A model generated the notes under the pieces. The model did no database searches and was not told where the DNA came from. It saw nothing but the letters and a program-made list of their open reading frames with translations. This document shows, piece by piece, positions 1 to 11,031 of a stretch of 64,000 nt of DNA (positions within the stretch are counted from its first letter, which is position 1; the number at the start of each line of letters is the position of its first letter). The position numbers were made by a program, and so were the translations under genes. The stretch spans positions 11,944,784 through 12,008,783 of the forward strand of contig CM121341.1 in the NCBI GenBank assembly GCA_051530055.1, in the 5' to 3' direction. This DNA comes from Neoechinorhynchus agilis (Eukaryota > Animalia > Acanthocephala).

Positions 1-3000
1 CGGATGTTGAAGGCAAGGGAGGTGGGACTTGTCTTTGAAGGAGTGTTAATGTGCGATCGGAGGCTTTGTACAGGAGATGACCGATTGGGAGTCTTTCCTT
101 GTTTTCCGGTTATTAAGGAAAGATTGGGATTGGGGGAAGAAAGACTTTTGTTAGAGGGTGGTTCGAGCGAGGGGGGATGAAATAGGTTGGGTTCACGGGT
201 GTTTACGAGAGAAGAGTATTTAGAGACGAGGGAAGTAAATTGTGGAGGGGGTTGAAGAAGACGGAGGGCGTTTTTGGAGAAAATGGAGTGGAGGTGGGCG
301 TCGAGGGGAAGGAGTGAAGTTCCGCATATTCTCGCCGCTCTCTTGTGGAAGGTTTCGAGGGAATGGAGAGCATTGGTGGAAAGGGCGAGGAAAGTGGGGA
401 AGGCGCATGTAAGGATAGCAGAAAGATAAAAGTGAGCAAGGTGTTTAGGGGATACGCCGAGACGCCGGAGGAGTTTGAGAAGGTAAAGATGAGGGTTTGC
501 TTTTGAGAGGGTAAATGAAATGCGGGCATCCCATTTAAGGTTTTCTTGGAAAGTCAGGCCCAGTATTCGGAGAGAACAGGAGCGTTGGATGGGGAGAGGG
601 AGAGGCGCGGATATAAGATTGCGTTTGGAAATGTGGGGGACAAGCTCAAAAGATTTGGATAAATTTAGGGATAGTTTAAGGGTGGAGAGCGAGGAAATGA
701 GATGGTTGAACTCGTCCATGGTAGTGGAGAGGGGATGCGATGGTAATGACTGTGAGGTCATCGGCATAGAGAAAATATTTGGTAGGGGAAGTGAGGGGAT
801 GAAGGTCATTTAGAAAAATGTCAGAGGAGAGGGGAAAGTACGGCGCCTTGGGGGACCCCTTTAAATATGGGCAGAGAAGAGGAGCAAGAAGTTCCACATT
901 GGATATATTGTTTGCCGTCGGAGAGGAAAGGGGAAATCCAAGCGAGTTGCCAGGTTGGGAGGCCAAAGGAAGCACATGATTGGAGGAGAAGGGAGTGATC
1001 GACCGACTCGAACGCCCTGGAAATATCCAGCTGCACGAGACGGACGGTTGATGCTGGATTGGAATTTAAGCTGCGCATAAGCGTATCGTAAATGCAGAGC
1101 AGGGCGTTAGAGCAAGAGTAATTGGGACGGAAAGCGAATTGGGAAGGGGAGATGTCTTTGAGGAAGAAGGGAAGTAGGCGGGTTTTGAAACATTTTTCTA
1201 AGATTTTAGAGAAAGGTTAGAGGATAGAGATGGGCCGAAAGGATGTGGGGGAAATCGGTTTATTGTTTTTGGGTAGGGAGACGACACGGGCTTCCTTAAG
1301 ACACGATGAGAAAGAGCCCAATAGAACGCTAAGGTTCGTTATGTGCGTTAGAGGATCGATAAGTTCCGGGATGGTGAAACGAATGGCCAAATTTGGGATA
1401 GTCGAATTAGGGGAAGAATGGTGGGGCAGGCGTTTAAGGATCTCTAGGATTTCGAGAGGGGAAACCAAGGAAGGGCATGTATGAATGGGCGGGTCCGAAA
1501 GTGAGAAGGGAGTTTGGGACAATGGAGAGGAGGTTTGGGGAGGACAGAGGTTTTCATTCATGGTGTTGAGGATTGAGAGGAGATGAGATTTGGGGAGAGA
1601 TGCGAAGGGGTGGATCTACCAAGACCATTGACATTTTTTATTTCACGTCACCAGTTTCGATTGGGAACGGACGAGAGACGAGATGAGAGGAATGCTTTGC
1701 GGGCTATTCGGATGCGTTTGGTCAGTGTGGAGTGGAGGGAGGAGTAAGCTGGATTGCCTGACCGGAAAGCTTTGGTGACCTGCATTTGTAGGGTTTTTAG
1801 AAAAGGCGAGAACCATGGAGGGTCGCGGTTCGAGATTCGTATTGCTTTGCGAGGAAAGGAGGCCTTCATCGCAGATTCTATTAGATTTAACAAAGAGCCC
1901 ATTGCAATCGAGGGGTCGGTGCCAAAGATGGTAGAGCGGTTTTGCGTGATAAGAGAATTGACACATACAGCAAAGGATTGGGAATGATGATCACGTTTAT
2001 CCCACACAACGTAGGGGTTGGAAAAGGAACGTTTTTGAGGTTATGAGGGGGGAGAAGGACGGAACAATGGTCAGACAAGGCGATAGGGGGAGTTTGGTAG
2101 TGCATGAGTATTGCCTGATGTTTGAGAAAATTTTATCAAGGTGGAAGGAGAATGTGTGGGGAAAGTAACGAGTTGGGAAAGATGAGAGAGCGAGGGCGGG
2201 ATCGACAGTTTGTTAAAATCGCCCAATATGATGAAGTGATCTGAGGAAGTGGAAAGTAGGTCAGTAAATAGGTGGTCTATTTGTTGAAGTGTGTTGGGGA
2301 TGTTTGAGGAAGGAGGGCGATAAAGGCCAGTGATAGAGATCTCACGTTGGCCATTGCGGAGGGGGAGATGAAGTTGGATGTGAAGCCATTCAAGATCGTC
2401 GGTGATGAAAAGGTAGGGTGAAGAGCACTGGTAAGATAGAGAAGCGCGGATGAAGATCGATATGCCTCCCCCGTTTCGGAAGTCCCTTGTGAGGTGAAAA
2501 GCTTGAAAGTTTGGAAGGAAGGCAGATAATTTGCTATGGGGTGAGAGCCATGTTTCAGTAATTACAAGGATGTCGGCGTTGCAAGAAGAGGCAACTATAT
2601 GGAGCTCATCCAGTTTTGAGAGAAGGCTGCGGATGTTAGAATAAAAGATTATTGGAAAGGGATGTTTAGAAGGGACATGAGGGGTGGACACTGACGGAGA
2701 GGGTTGAAGCTGCGCAGGAAGAGAAGGGATGGGGCTTGACCGATGGGATTGTTAGGGGGTTATGGATTCGTTGGTAGACACTGTAGTAAGTGGTGATTTG
2801 AGTGTAGGGACCATAAGGGTGGGAACTGTGCATGCGGGATGAACTCGGGGGGAAGATGATATTGGGAGTTGAAGAGGTGATGGTAAGAGGTGAGGTAGTG
2901 TGCGCGTCCAAGGTATTTTTCGCTTCTGAGGGGCGAAGCGGTAGTACAGAAACCGCAACTAAATTTCCGGCCTGCTGCCGAAGTAGCTGAGACGCATATT

Positions 3001-3130
3001 TAAGTTGTAACAGGACAATCGTCCATGTCGCAGGGAACGAGCTTGTTGGTTGGGCGCTTTGGCCTCGGCATTGTTTGCAAGTGTTTACGACGTTGATCGT
3101 GTGACGACGTTGATGCTCACAGATTTGTTT
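1..3130 (-). mobile_element. Decayed L2/CR1-like non-LTR retrotransposon (APE endonuclease + RT); runs off the window's left edge
   Basis: Frameshifted minus-strand ORF pieces in the correct order: PHD-like Cys remnant (~2915-3045, CDMDDC...C...FSCGFC); APE (2071-2691: YSNIRSL, VITETW, GGGISIF, ILGDFN); RT (RPISIL 1217-1561; QLDISRAFESVDH and GVPQGAVLSPLL 821-1078; LYADDL 676-975). Confidence 0.9.
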
Positions 3131-3189
3131 GCAAAGTTGAACCAGCGAAGATTTGTTTGAAGAGTTAAACCAGAGAAGTGACAAAAATC

Positions 3190-3790
3190 AACGTTTGTAA
3201 ACAAAACAAGGGCGACACGGTCTCGTTTGCCGAAAGTCAGGAGGAAGGTTCTTACGCCATTCTGAGATCAATAGCGTAATTTCTCGGGCGTTGAGAACGG
3301 CGAACTTCCCCAACATTTTGGAACCCGCCCATCTTTGTAGACTAGGCGGTCGTCGACCTGACGGAATTTCGGTCTTTCCGTGGCGGGAGGGCAAATGTTT
3401 TCTCTGGGACGCCACGTTTGTGGACACCCTCGCAGTAAGCAACATTCCCTACTCACTCGAAATCCCTGGAGGTGTAGCCAGTGCAGCGGAAGGCAGGAAG
3501 GTACGGAAATATAGAGAATTAGCAAAGGCCCACTTTTTTGTCCCCTTCGGAGTAGAGACGTATGGAGCGCTTGACAGCTCGGCACTTTGCTCCAGGATCT
3601 CTCGAAGAAATTGAGAGAAACGACCGGCGACGCACGAGCAGGTGTATTCCTGAGACAAAATATCTCGCTCGCAGTACAACGAGGCATTGCTGCTAGCGTG
3701 AAAGCGATAGCCGAGGAAGGGGAGAAGCTCCAATTTTGCGGACGGTGGTGATTGCACGTTTTGTACTTTATTATGTTATGAATAAAAAGT
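3190..3790 (+). mobile_element. 5'-truncated CRE-clade non-LTR retrotransposon fragment (zinc knuckle + restriction-like endonuclease)
   Basis: HGLVC..SGGRF.RH followed by EPAHLCRLGGRRPDGISVFPWREGKCFLWDAT..DTLA and FVPFGVETYG; homologous to the C-terminus of the element at 26390-27436. Confidence 0.9.
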
Positions 3791-4314
3791 TTTTTGTTAA
3801 AAAACTAACGAAGATTAAAACAATTTAGCACGCAGAACGTCTATTGTGTCATTATTATGCGTTTTGGTTCAGACAATAAAGATCAGCCGTAGAGATTCCC
3901 TGAATAATGCTCCTTATTATTGCGAAAATATAGTCCTTTGTTTCGACTACCCAATAATCGATGTCTTTTTCACGAGCTTTCCAATATCAAACAATGCTTT
4001 AAAATCAAAAAAATTAATGGATTGCATGGAAATCTAGTGCCATTCGTTAAACTCTTGTAGATCATGCGGCGGTACACTGATTCCTTTTAGATCCGTCCAG
4101 AAGCATGTCTTATCGCTTACGAAAAATTCAAGAATAATAGTTCGATAATTTATTCTGCGGAATAATTCCGGGCGTGCAACAAAGAAGCATTCAGATGACT
4201 CGCGAACTCCTACTGAGCTTTATTGTCACCTTTAATAATTGTATGCGAACTCACATAAGCAAACATTCGAACTTATTTAAGTTTCTATTTAAAAAGTAAG
4301 TACAGGAACCCGAT

Positions 4315-5022
4315 ATGCATACCACCTTCATTCTTTTAAGTCTACTTTCGAGACCAAATAATGGCATCAGCAACAATGATCTTAATGATTTTGACGGAAC
4401 ACTTTCAGTTGCCGCATTCGAAAAATTCGGCATGAATTTCTCTTATGCGGAAGAGCAGACAAAACTTTTACTTGATAACAAAACTATTAGCCTCATTGAT
4501 CCAGTTATGTGCACGATCCTCAATCGTTTCGAAATTGTAAATCTAGAAAATAATCAAATCACTAAACTCCCACAAGAATGTATCTTCTCATCAGCATCTC
4601 AAGTCTATCTCGACCACAATAATCTATCAAAGATACCACTGGGAATGTTTAAAGGGAATAAACTAGAATTTCTTGGCCTTATGGACAACCCGATAAATAT
4701 GCTCGATCTTCGACTAATCGATCAATATGATCACGTACTGATTGCTTTTTTAAAAGACGATTTATGGTCTTCTATGGATCGCGGCAATTCTCTTATCATC
4801 CACCTAAACCAAAATGTTACTATTATTTTGAAACAAGATTCGAAGGTTCCTATACAATTGCTGAACCGGGCGGTGTCAGGTAAAAATTGTGGTCAATCTA
4901 TTACGGATTCCAAACGTAATATTAAGGTTATGATCACATGCAGCTATCGTTCTGCAAGTGGAAACAATATACTCATGGATTCATTGATTATTGGTATCAG
5001 TCTTTTAGTTGTGGTTTTTTGA
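4315..5022 (+). CDS. Intronless leucine-rich-repeat protein with N-terminal hydrophobic leader and C-terminal hydrophobic tail (secreted, GPI-anchored or single-pass)
   Basis: 235-aa ORF with LRR consensus units (NLENNQITKL, YLDHNNLSKIPLGMF, LGLMDNPI) and tail LIIGISLLVVVF. Confidence 0.8.
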   Translation: MHTTFILLSLLSRPNNGISNNDLNDFDGTLSVAAFEKFGMNFSYAEEQTKLLLDNKTISLIDPVMCTILNRFEIVNLENNQITKLPQECIFSSASQVYLDHNNLSKIPLGMFKGNKLEFLGLMDNPINMLDLRLIDQYDHVLIAFLKDDLWSSMDRGNSLIIHLNQNVTIILKQDSKVPIQLLNRAVSGKNCGQSITDSKRNIKVMITCSYRSASGNNILMDSLIIGISLLVVVF

Positions 5023-5403
5023 GCGCAAACTAACTCGCTTTAACAATTAAACTTGAAAGCTGTCTTAAATGCCAGAATATTGATTTAAACATCGTAAAGG
5101 AGAATGGTGAATATTTTTGCATGTTTTTACGACGCTTTTAAATGAAGCAAAAAATTAAATGTTTTTAGTTCTAAACTACAAGAAGCGCTAGTTTTACTGT
5201 AATATTTTCTATCCTGCTTTGAGCTCGAAAAGTCTCAATTACATTGTTTAGAAATATGTACGTTGGTTGATGTTGTGGAGCATTAGGGCAATTTTCGGGC
5301 CGAGTTTCACGGATTCTCGAAATTTTTAAGCGCCCTTTGCCCTTTCGAACGTTGCCGTTAATATAAATGTAATTGAAAATTGTTTTTTTAGTCAACATTT
5401 TTT

Positions 5404-5919
5404 TTATTGTTCCACTTCATGTGGTATTGTTTCTCCTTTAGATTGCCAGATTTGGAAAGCTGTAGCACTTGTTGTCTCTTGTCTCTTGGCACGATAATAC
5501 ATGAGTGATACAAACATATTTGAAGTCATATAAAAAGTGTGGACGGCCAAAGTGACCGGCAATACCCAATGATACTTTTTACGAACCATATAATAAATCA
5601 GCATGACATCTACTGCGCTAAGGAATAATAATTGCGACGCATTGAAAATCGCAAGTGCCCATTTGTTTCCGAGCAAGAGAGCTTTCAAAGACATCAGAAT
5701 CGATATAAGCGTAATTCCAGCTGAAACCAATATAGGAATCTTAAATGCGTCCATCATTTTCAGCATCAATTTAGATGCTTCAGTCAACCATTTTAATTTT
5801 AGTATTTTATCTACTCCGACAGCTGCGATTGTCGTATAAATCGCCATGGTCAAAACCAGTTGAATAAGTTCGGTAATTATTGAACTGAAAAGGACCGTTC
5901 GCCAATGTCTTAAGAGCAT
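5404..5919 (-). CDS. Small multi-pass membrane protein (~4 TM), family unknown
   Basis: 171-aa ATG-to-stop ORF with four long hydrophobic segments and a polar C-terminal tail. Confidence 0.65.
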   Translation of the reverse strand: MLLRHWRTVLFSSIITELIQLVLTMAIYTTIAAVGVDKILKLKWLTEASKLMLKMMDAFKIPILVSAGITLISILMSLKALLLGNKWALAIFNASQLLFLSAVDVMLIYYMVRKKYHWVLPVTLAVHTFYMTSNMFVSLMYYRAKRQETTSATAFQIWQSKGETIPHEVEQ

Positions 5920-6104
5920 TTTTTGACGAAGAGATTATAGTAAAACTTAACGATATGTGCTCTTAAGGATTATGCCCGTACTCAACGCTCGTATAAATCC
6001 GCTCTCTTGGTCACGGATTTTGGTTTACCTGTGCATAGTTGTCAAAAATAGAACTCACCTACTGTATATTAATAATTTGTATGAGTCCTTACACAGCACA
6101 TAAG

Positions 6105-6652
6105 TTTCTTTTTATTACGAATTATTTTAGCACTTTCTGCGGTCAAATTTTATGTTTTACATCAGAGAAGTTATATGACCACATAAACTCTGATGAACAA
6201 CAGTTAAGAGTTCGTACATCTTTCCGAATCCTCAGATACCTGCCGAGGAGGCGAGGCTCATCAGTGAACTTCCTCAGTTCAGCGGTATTTTGTCCCACTG
6301 ACAATTAAACAAATGATGAAACATGCGGTCGAGCAAACCGATTTCGTAGGCCCAGTTTGTACATTTAGTAGTTGTGTAGAGGTGATCTAGTGGGTTTGTG
6401 TTACGAATCCCTGTTTCAGGGTCAAAGCGTTAGAATCCACGATCGCCGATTATGCACGACCAAAGGGAAGGAAATACCGCTGAAGGGAGGAAACTCACTG
6501 ATGAGTCCCGCCTCCTAGAGGTATCTGAGAATCCCGAGAGATGTTCGAACTCTTAACTGTTCATCAGAGTTTATGTGGTCGTATCACTTCTCTGATGTAA
6601 AACATAAAATTCGACCGCCTAAAGTGCTAAAATAATTTATAATAAAAAGAAA
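6105..6652. repeat. Imperfect inverted repeat (arms ~6105-6290 and ~6472-6652); part is homologous to 24005-24112
   Basis: Reverse complement of the right arm aligns to the left arm over ~180 bp (e.g. TTTTATGTTTTACATCAGAGAAG, CATAAACTCTGATGAAC, CTCAGATACCT). Confidence 0.85.
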
Positions 6653-6687
6653 TATTCTATCCGATTGTTCCATCGAGTGAATGTGTA

Positions 6688-6896
6688 TTCTCAATGGCGA
6701 ATTGTAACACACTCGAGCTTTATTGAAGTCAACCTTACGAATTTTCCAGGCATCAACCTCCTTCTCAAGCATCTAAACCCGAGTCAAGGCTATCAACTTG
6801 TACATTTTTAGATGCTTGAGAAGGAGGCTGAGGCCTCGAAAATTCGCAAGGTTGATTTCAATAAAACTCGAGTGTGTTGCAATTCGCCACTGAGAA
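6688..6896. repeat. Fold-back/MITE-like inverted repeat (~90-bp arms, ~30-bp spacer)
   Basis: TTCTCAATGGCGAATTG...CCTCCTTCTCAAGCATCTAAA is mirrored by TTTAGATGCTTGAGAAGGAGG...CAATTCGCCACTGAGAA. Confidence 0.85.
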
Positions 6897-8156
6897 AAGG
6901 AAATATATACTTGAGGTCGAGAAAATCAGCTGATAATCCAACAAATGACAGCACATAAGAGCAGATTCGGCAAATAGTATGGAACGCTTCAGCATTTTCA
7001 GAAGACGGAACGCTGCCTTCGTATAGTAAAGAATAGGAGTAAAACGAGCAAAGTGAGACGGTTCTTATAAATTATTCGTTTATGTTGGAAAACGAAGATT
7101 CTCTAAAAAACTCTTTAGATATTAATTGACATGATATATTAAGGAAAATATTTCCTTCCACTTATATAAAAGACCGGCAATAAAAAAAGGAAGAAGCTTA
7201 TCTGCTCGTGAATAGGCTTTCGAGGTTTCAGAATTGTTAGATTAGAAAAAGCCAAAACTCCGGAAGCGAAGTAGCTAAAACGTTTTAGAATAAACACACA
7301 CGTTCTTGAGAGAGGATTAACGGGAAAGCTCGGGATATGGTTTTTTAAGAATCAAACATCGAAAGGGGAATGGATTAAATCACAGATTAGGAGATACGGC
7401 GAATGGATAAAGATGGGAAAATGACTAAAATGAATTAATTAAGCGGAAAGGGGCAGCTAAAATGAAGTGGAAATGTGAACATAGTTTAATGCATGGAATG
7501 AATCATAGGACAAAGAAGTGAGATTGAAATGATGGATTACTGGCAGTTTTTATGGTGTAAATTGAGAAAATTTCAAGGTAGAATTGCTTTTGGAAGCAAA
7601 AATGATAGACCGCACACACATAAAACGAAATGCGAATGGATGGTTTCTTGTGTCGTAGAATTAAGGAAGCAATTAATGTGGCAAATAACGGAAATTTAGA
7701 AAATTCAACATTCAAGAAAAATTTATAAATTGAGGAAAGTGGACGCAAAAATATCTTTTTTGTAGATGTATTCATTTTAAATACGAAGTTCTAAGGATAG
7801 ATACAATATAGTTCTGCTCATTGGTATCTTTATTCTTTCAAAAGTCGAAGGCATATTTGCCCCGAATGTCGTTTATTTTCGAATCTGAATACCGGGTACT
7901 CTCATGGAAGGTATTTCTAAAAATGGATTAACAATGTAGAAGCTTTCAAACAACAACACAGAATTAAAACAACTGAAACGACAAACAATTACCAGAGACA
8001 CTGATATCTCTAGCCATGATAAAATTGTTTTAGAAACTTAACTGATCTGTATGCTCATGTATTTTCTTATCGCAATATCCCAAGATTTAAGTACACAAAT
8101 TCGCCCCGCACAAATCAGCTACATAAATGTTAATCGGTTAAAAATAACTTTAGCCA

Positions 8157-9064
8157 TTACAGATCTCGAAATTGAGTATGAAAATCGGCCAAAGCTGACC
8201 TTGGATGAGTGTACAAATATAGCCACTTCACGAGCCAGTAAATGAACAGACAAATGAGTGTAAATCTCACAAGTCCCTTGACTGGATTCGGCTCTTCTGG
8301 AAGAGAAATATTTGTTTGTTGATTAACGGCAATACTGCGCGATTCGCAAGGTTGTTGATCGCTTACATTAACCGGCGGTTGAGGTGAATCTTGCAAAGGC
8401 TTCACTGGTTTCAAGATATCTCCATTCCTCTTTCCGCAATCGGGGCAAATAAAGTCCAATGATCGTTCAACAAATATCTTCTTCTCTTCCTTAGAGCACA
8501 TAATGCTGCCGAGTGTTTGTGGCGGACATCGTGGCATAAAACTTCTCAGTGCTATCAAAGCCGTTCGAACTAAGGCAAAAGGCGAAGATTGATGCGTATT
8601 AAAATCAACTAACTTGACCAAGAAGGAAGCCACATTTCTGGATGATGAGCAGAAATACTTAGACAAATCTTTTCATCGACTGCAAATGCTCCGTTGGGCT
8701 AAACGTAGATAGTTTTAATGTTTGACAATCGGTCTGCCATACCGTTGTCATCACGAATTGCGGTGGTTTAAGTGGATACTCTGACGGTAAAATAATACGC
8801 CCGTGGTAAATGCCTCCATGGAAATCTGTTTCGTCTTCTCCTCGAATCGTAAAATGCCACTCAAACAAATTATCCTTGGAAAGGCTATTTATTCCAAAAT
8901 ATTAAAGTAAAAATACCTCGAGAGGACGCGCGTAAAAGTCATCATTTGGTTCCGATAACTCTTGTGCTTCCCTATAGAGCCGTCTCATAGCTGCGATTGA
9001 ATAGAAATAATTTAGTGTTTGAATATTAGTTTTTTAAACCTGAAGATTGTGTCTGATTTGTCAT
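8157..9064 (-). CDS. UBE2J1: Ubiquitin-conjugating enzyme E2 J1/Ubc6-type (ERAD), 5 exons, C-terminal TM anchor
   Basis: Spliced translation MTNQTQSSAMRRLYREAQEL...ARPLE/DNLFEWHFTIRG...GGIYHGRIILPSEYPLKPP...PNGAFAVDEKICLSISAHHPEMWLPSWS.RTALIAL matches Ubc6/UBE2J motifs including the catalytic Cys; four GT-AG introns of ~42-49 nt (e.g. 8875-8916); hydrophobic tail FTLICLFIYWLVKWLYL. Confidence 0.92.
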
Positions 9065-9233
9065 CGCGTCCAAACTTGGGATCTGAAATTGAAGCTGGAG
9101 GATATACAGCGCATAAAACATAAAACGGCTCCAACAACCCTGATCCAGATACTCTCGAAACATAAAGAGCAAGTTTTGTCTACGAAATGGTGGCAACACA
9201 AGCGATCTTTGTCTCACACACTCCTAGTGCTGC

Positions 9234-9752
9234 GTCGCCTTTATGCTACGCCTGATGGAAGAAGAGGAAATAGTGATGCAATCCTCCTCGGTACTTACAT
9301 TGTGCTTGTTCTTGGTCTTTTATCGCCTTTCTTCATTCCTTGGATCTTTCGTCTGATCGGTCCTCGAAAACATCCCAAGAGTGTCAATGATAGAAGACAT
9401 ATGAATAAAGACAGGGAAACGTAACCAACAACCTCATAGGCTTTTGCGTATGGACCTAAAATTGAACTTGACATCTTAACCGATCTCAATATCGATTACC
9501 TTCCGATTTAGTTATCGCGGCAACGCACGAAATCACAACAACACACATTGTCCAAAAAGAATAAATTGAAAACATTCCAAAATCTGAAAATGCTGCAATG
9601 ACAAAAATAGCACATTTAAACGGGATTTTCGAAACGAATTCGGCGAATAATGTTTTTTCGTTTATTTTGTGAGGAAACAATTCTGTTTTTATTTGAAAAT
9701 TGAACGATACTTACACGCTTACCTAAGTTCCGTCTACTTGCGATGGTCAACA
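9234..9752 (-). CDS. Putative small spliced membrane protein, function unknown
   Basis: ORF pieces 9486-9680 and 9295-9489 join in frame through a short GT-AG intron and give two hydrophobic segments then a basic tail. Start and last exon are uncertain. Confidence 0.4.
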
Positions 9753-9785
9753 TAATACCTAAGGACCGATTGAACTATTCATGCT

Positions 9786-10007
9786 TTTTATGGCGTAAAA
9801 ATTAAAAGCATTTTATATTAAAATCCGATTTTTCTCGGCTAGGCACAATCTTGTACGCCTTTTGATCAAGGTTGCTTGTAAATTTTAGAACGAGATCACA
9901 TATTTAAAAACTTACAAGCAACCTTGATCAAAAGGCGTACAAGATTGTGCCTAGCCGAAAACAATCAGATTTTAAAATTAAATTCTTTTAATTTTTACGC
10001 CATAAAC
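9786..10007. mobile_element. MITE-like fold-back element, family A (related copies at 10295-10414, 11177-11232, ~14600-14930, 16315-16465)
   Basis: Near-perfect inverted arms (TATGGCGTAAAAATT...GGCTAGGCACAATCTTGTACGCCTTTTGATCAAGGTTGCTTGTAA and its mirror); motifs such as TTAAAATCCGATT and GTACAAGAT recur in the other copies. Confidence 0.8.
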
Positions 10008-10842
10008 ATTTTTTTCAAGCATACATAATTTATAGTTTCTTCAACGAGCAATTCTGTTTTTGATGGTTTTTGAAGGGAATGTTTCCTGCTTAGGAGTAAA
10101 TTTAGGGAACGTACGGTATTGACAGGTTCAAAGTAGAAACGAAATTGTAGCCAATTCTCTAGAGTGAACAGAATTTTTACTTTCTTGAAAAGAATCAAAT
10201 GTATAGAATTTACTTCCATCGATGCTGTGAAAACATAAAAACGCAAAAATACTCTCTTACTCCTAAAAATCTTACGACTAAATATCAATTTAGGTTTGTT
10301 TATGGCTAAAAAATTGAAGGAATTTTATTAAATCTGATATTTCGGCAAACAATCTTGTGCCTTACCGCAACTTTTACACCCTGTGCCGAAATATCGGATT
10401 ACGCCATAAACAAACATGAATAATTTAAGCTTCAAACAAATCAATTTAGCAGACGAGTTATATCCGAAAACGGGTTTTATGAATTCCAATTAAATGGGCG
10501 AATCTCTACGAAATAATCCTAAGACTTGTTAAAAAAATCCGGGTTTTCTTAAAAATAATAAGAATACAAAAGAAGAATACCAGTAGTATACTTAGGCTGT
10601 AAAAACATCCCATAGTTAACATGCACCATTTAACATCCGGGGCTATGGTCGCATGTTGCAACATTCAAAGGGCATTTGATAGCATTCGTAAAGCTAATTT
10701 TGTGATCATCGCTACTTTGATCCAATAAAAATGCATTACTGGTAGTTTATAAGATTTAAAAATCAAATCAATTTATCAGAGGAACAACGTCTAAAGAAGC
10801 TGAGCTTGTCATTACTGTAAAGAAATTGTTCATTATAGTTTC

Positions 10843-11031
10843 AGTTTCAATTAGCGACGTTTGATTCAGAAATAGATTTATGTTGAAAATTTTCGGCTTT
10901 TTCGTTGGCCTTCTTCAGTCACTCGAATATTTATAAACTTACAATCAATTGACTGATGAAGATGCCAACGAAAAGGCCGAAAACTTTCAATATAAATCTA
11001 TTTCTGAATCAAACATCGCTAATTGAAACTT
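10843..11031. repeat. Inverted repeat with ~80-bp arms, each carrying a hammerhead-ribozyme-like motif; probable Penelope pseudo-LTR remnant
   Basis: Arms 10843-10922 and 10950-11031 are reverse complements; CTGAAGA-A-stem-GAAA-AT-TT motif on the minus strand of the left arm and a CTGATGA variant on the plus strand of the right arm. Confidence 0.7.

Noticed and set aside
203-3757. Many short ORFs antisense to or overlapping TE fragments (also 25840-26319, 42192-42419, 58228-58665, 62291-62650)
   Set aside because: Shadow frames of GC-richer transposon sequence; no independent coding evidence.
6185-6290. CTGATGA motifs as hammerhead or C/D-box snoRNA; GGCGAGGCTCATC resemblance to U1 snRNA
   Set aside because: No correctly placed stem II plus GAAA, no clear box C/D terminal stem, and the U1 similarity is ~12 nt with no U1 5' end or Sm site.
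7000-7500. Purine-rich stretch possibly a very old LINE remnant (similar stretches at ~11550-11780 and ~34000-34260)
   Set aside because: Only compositional similarity; no diagnostic motif could be read.
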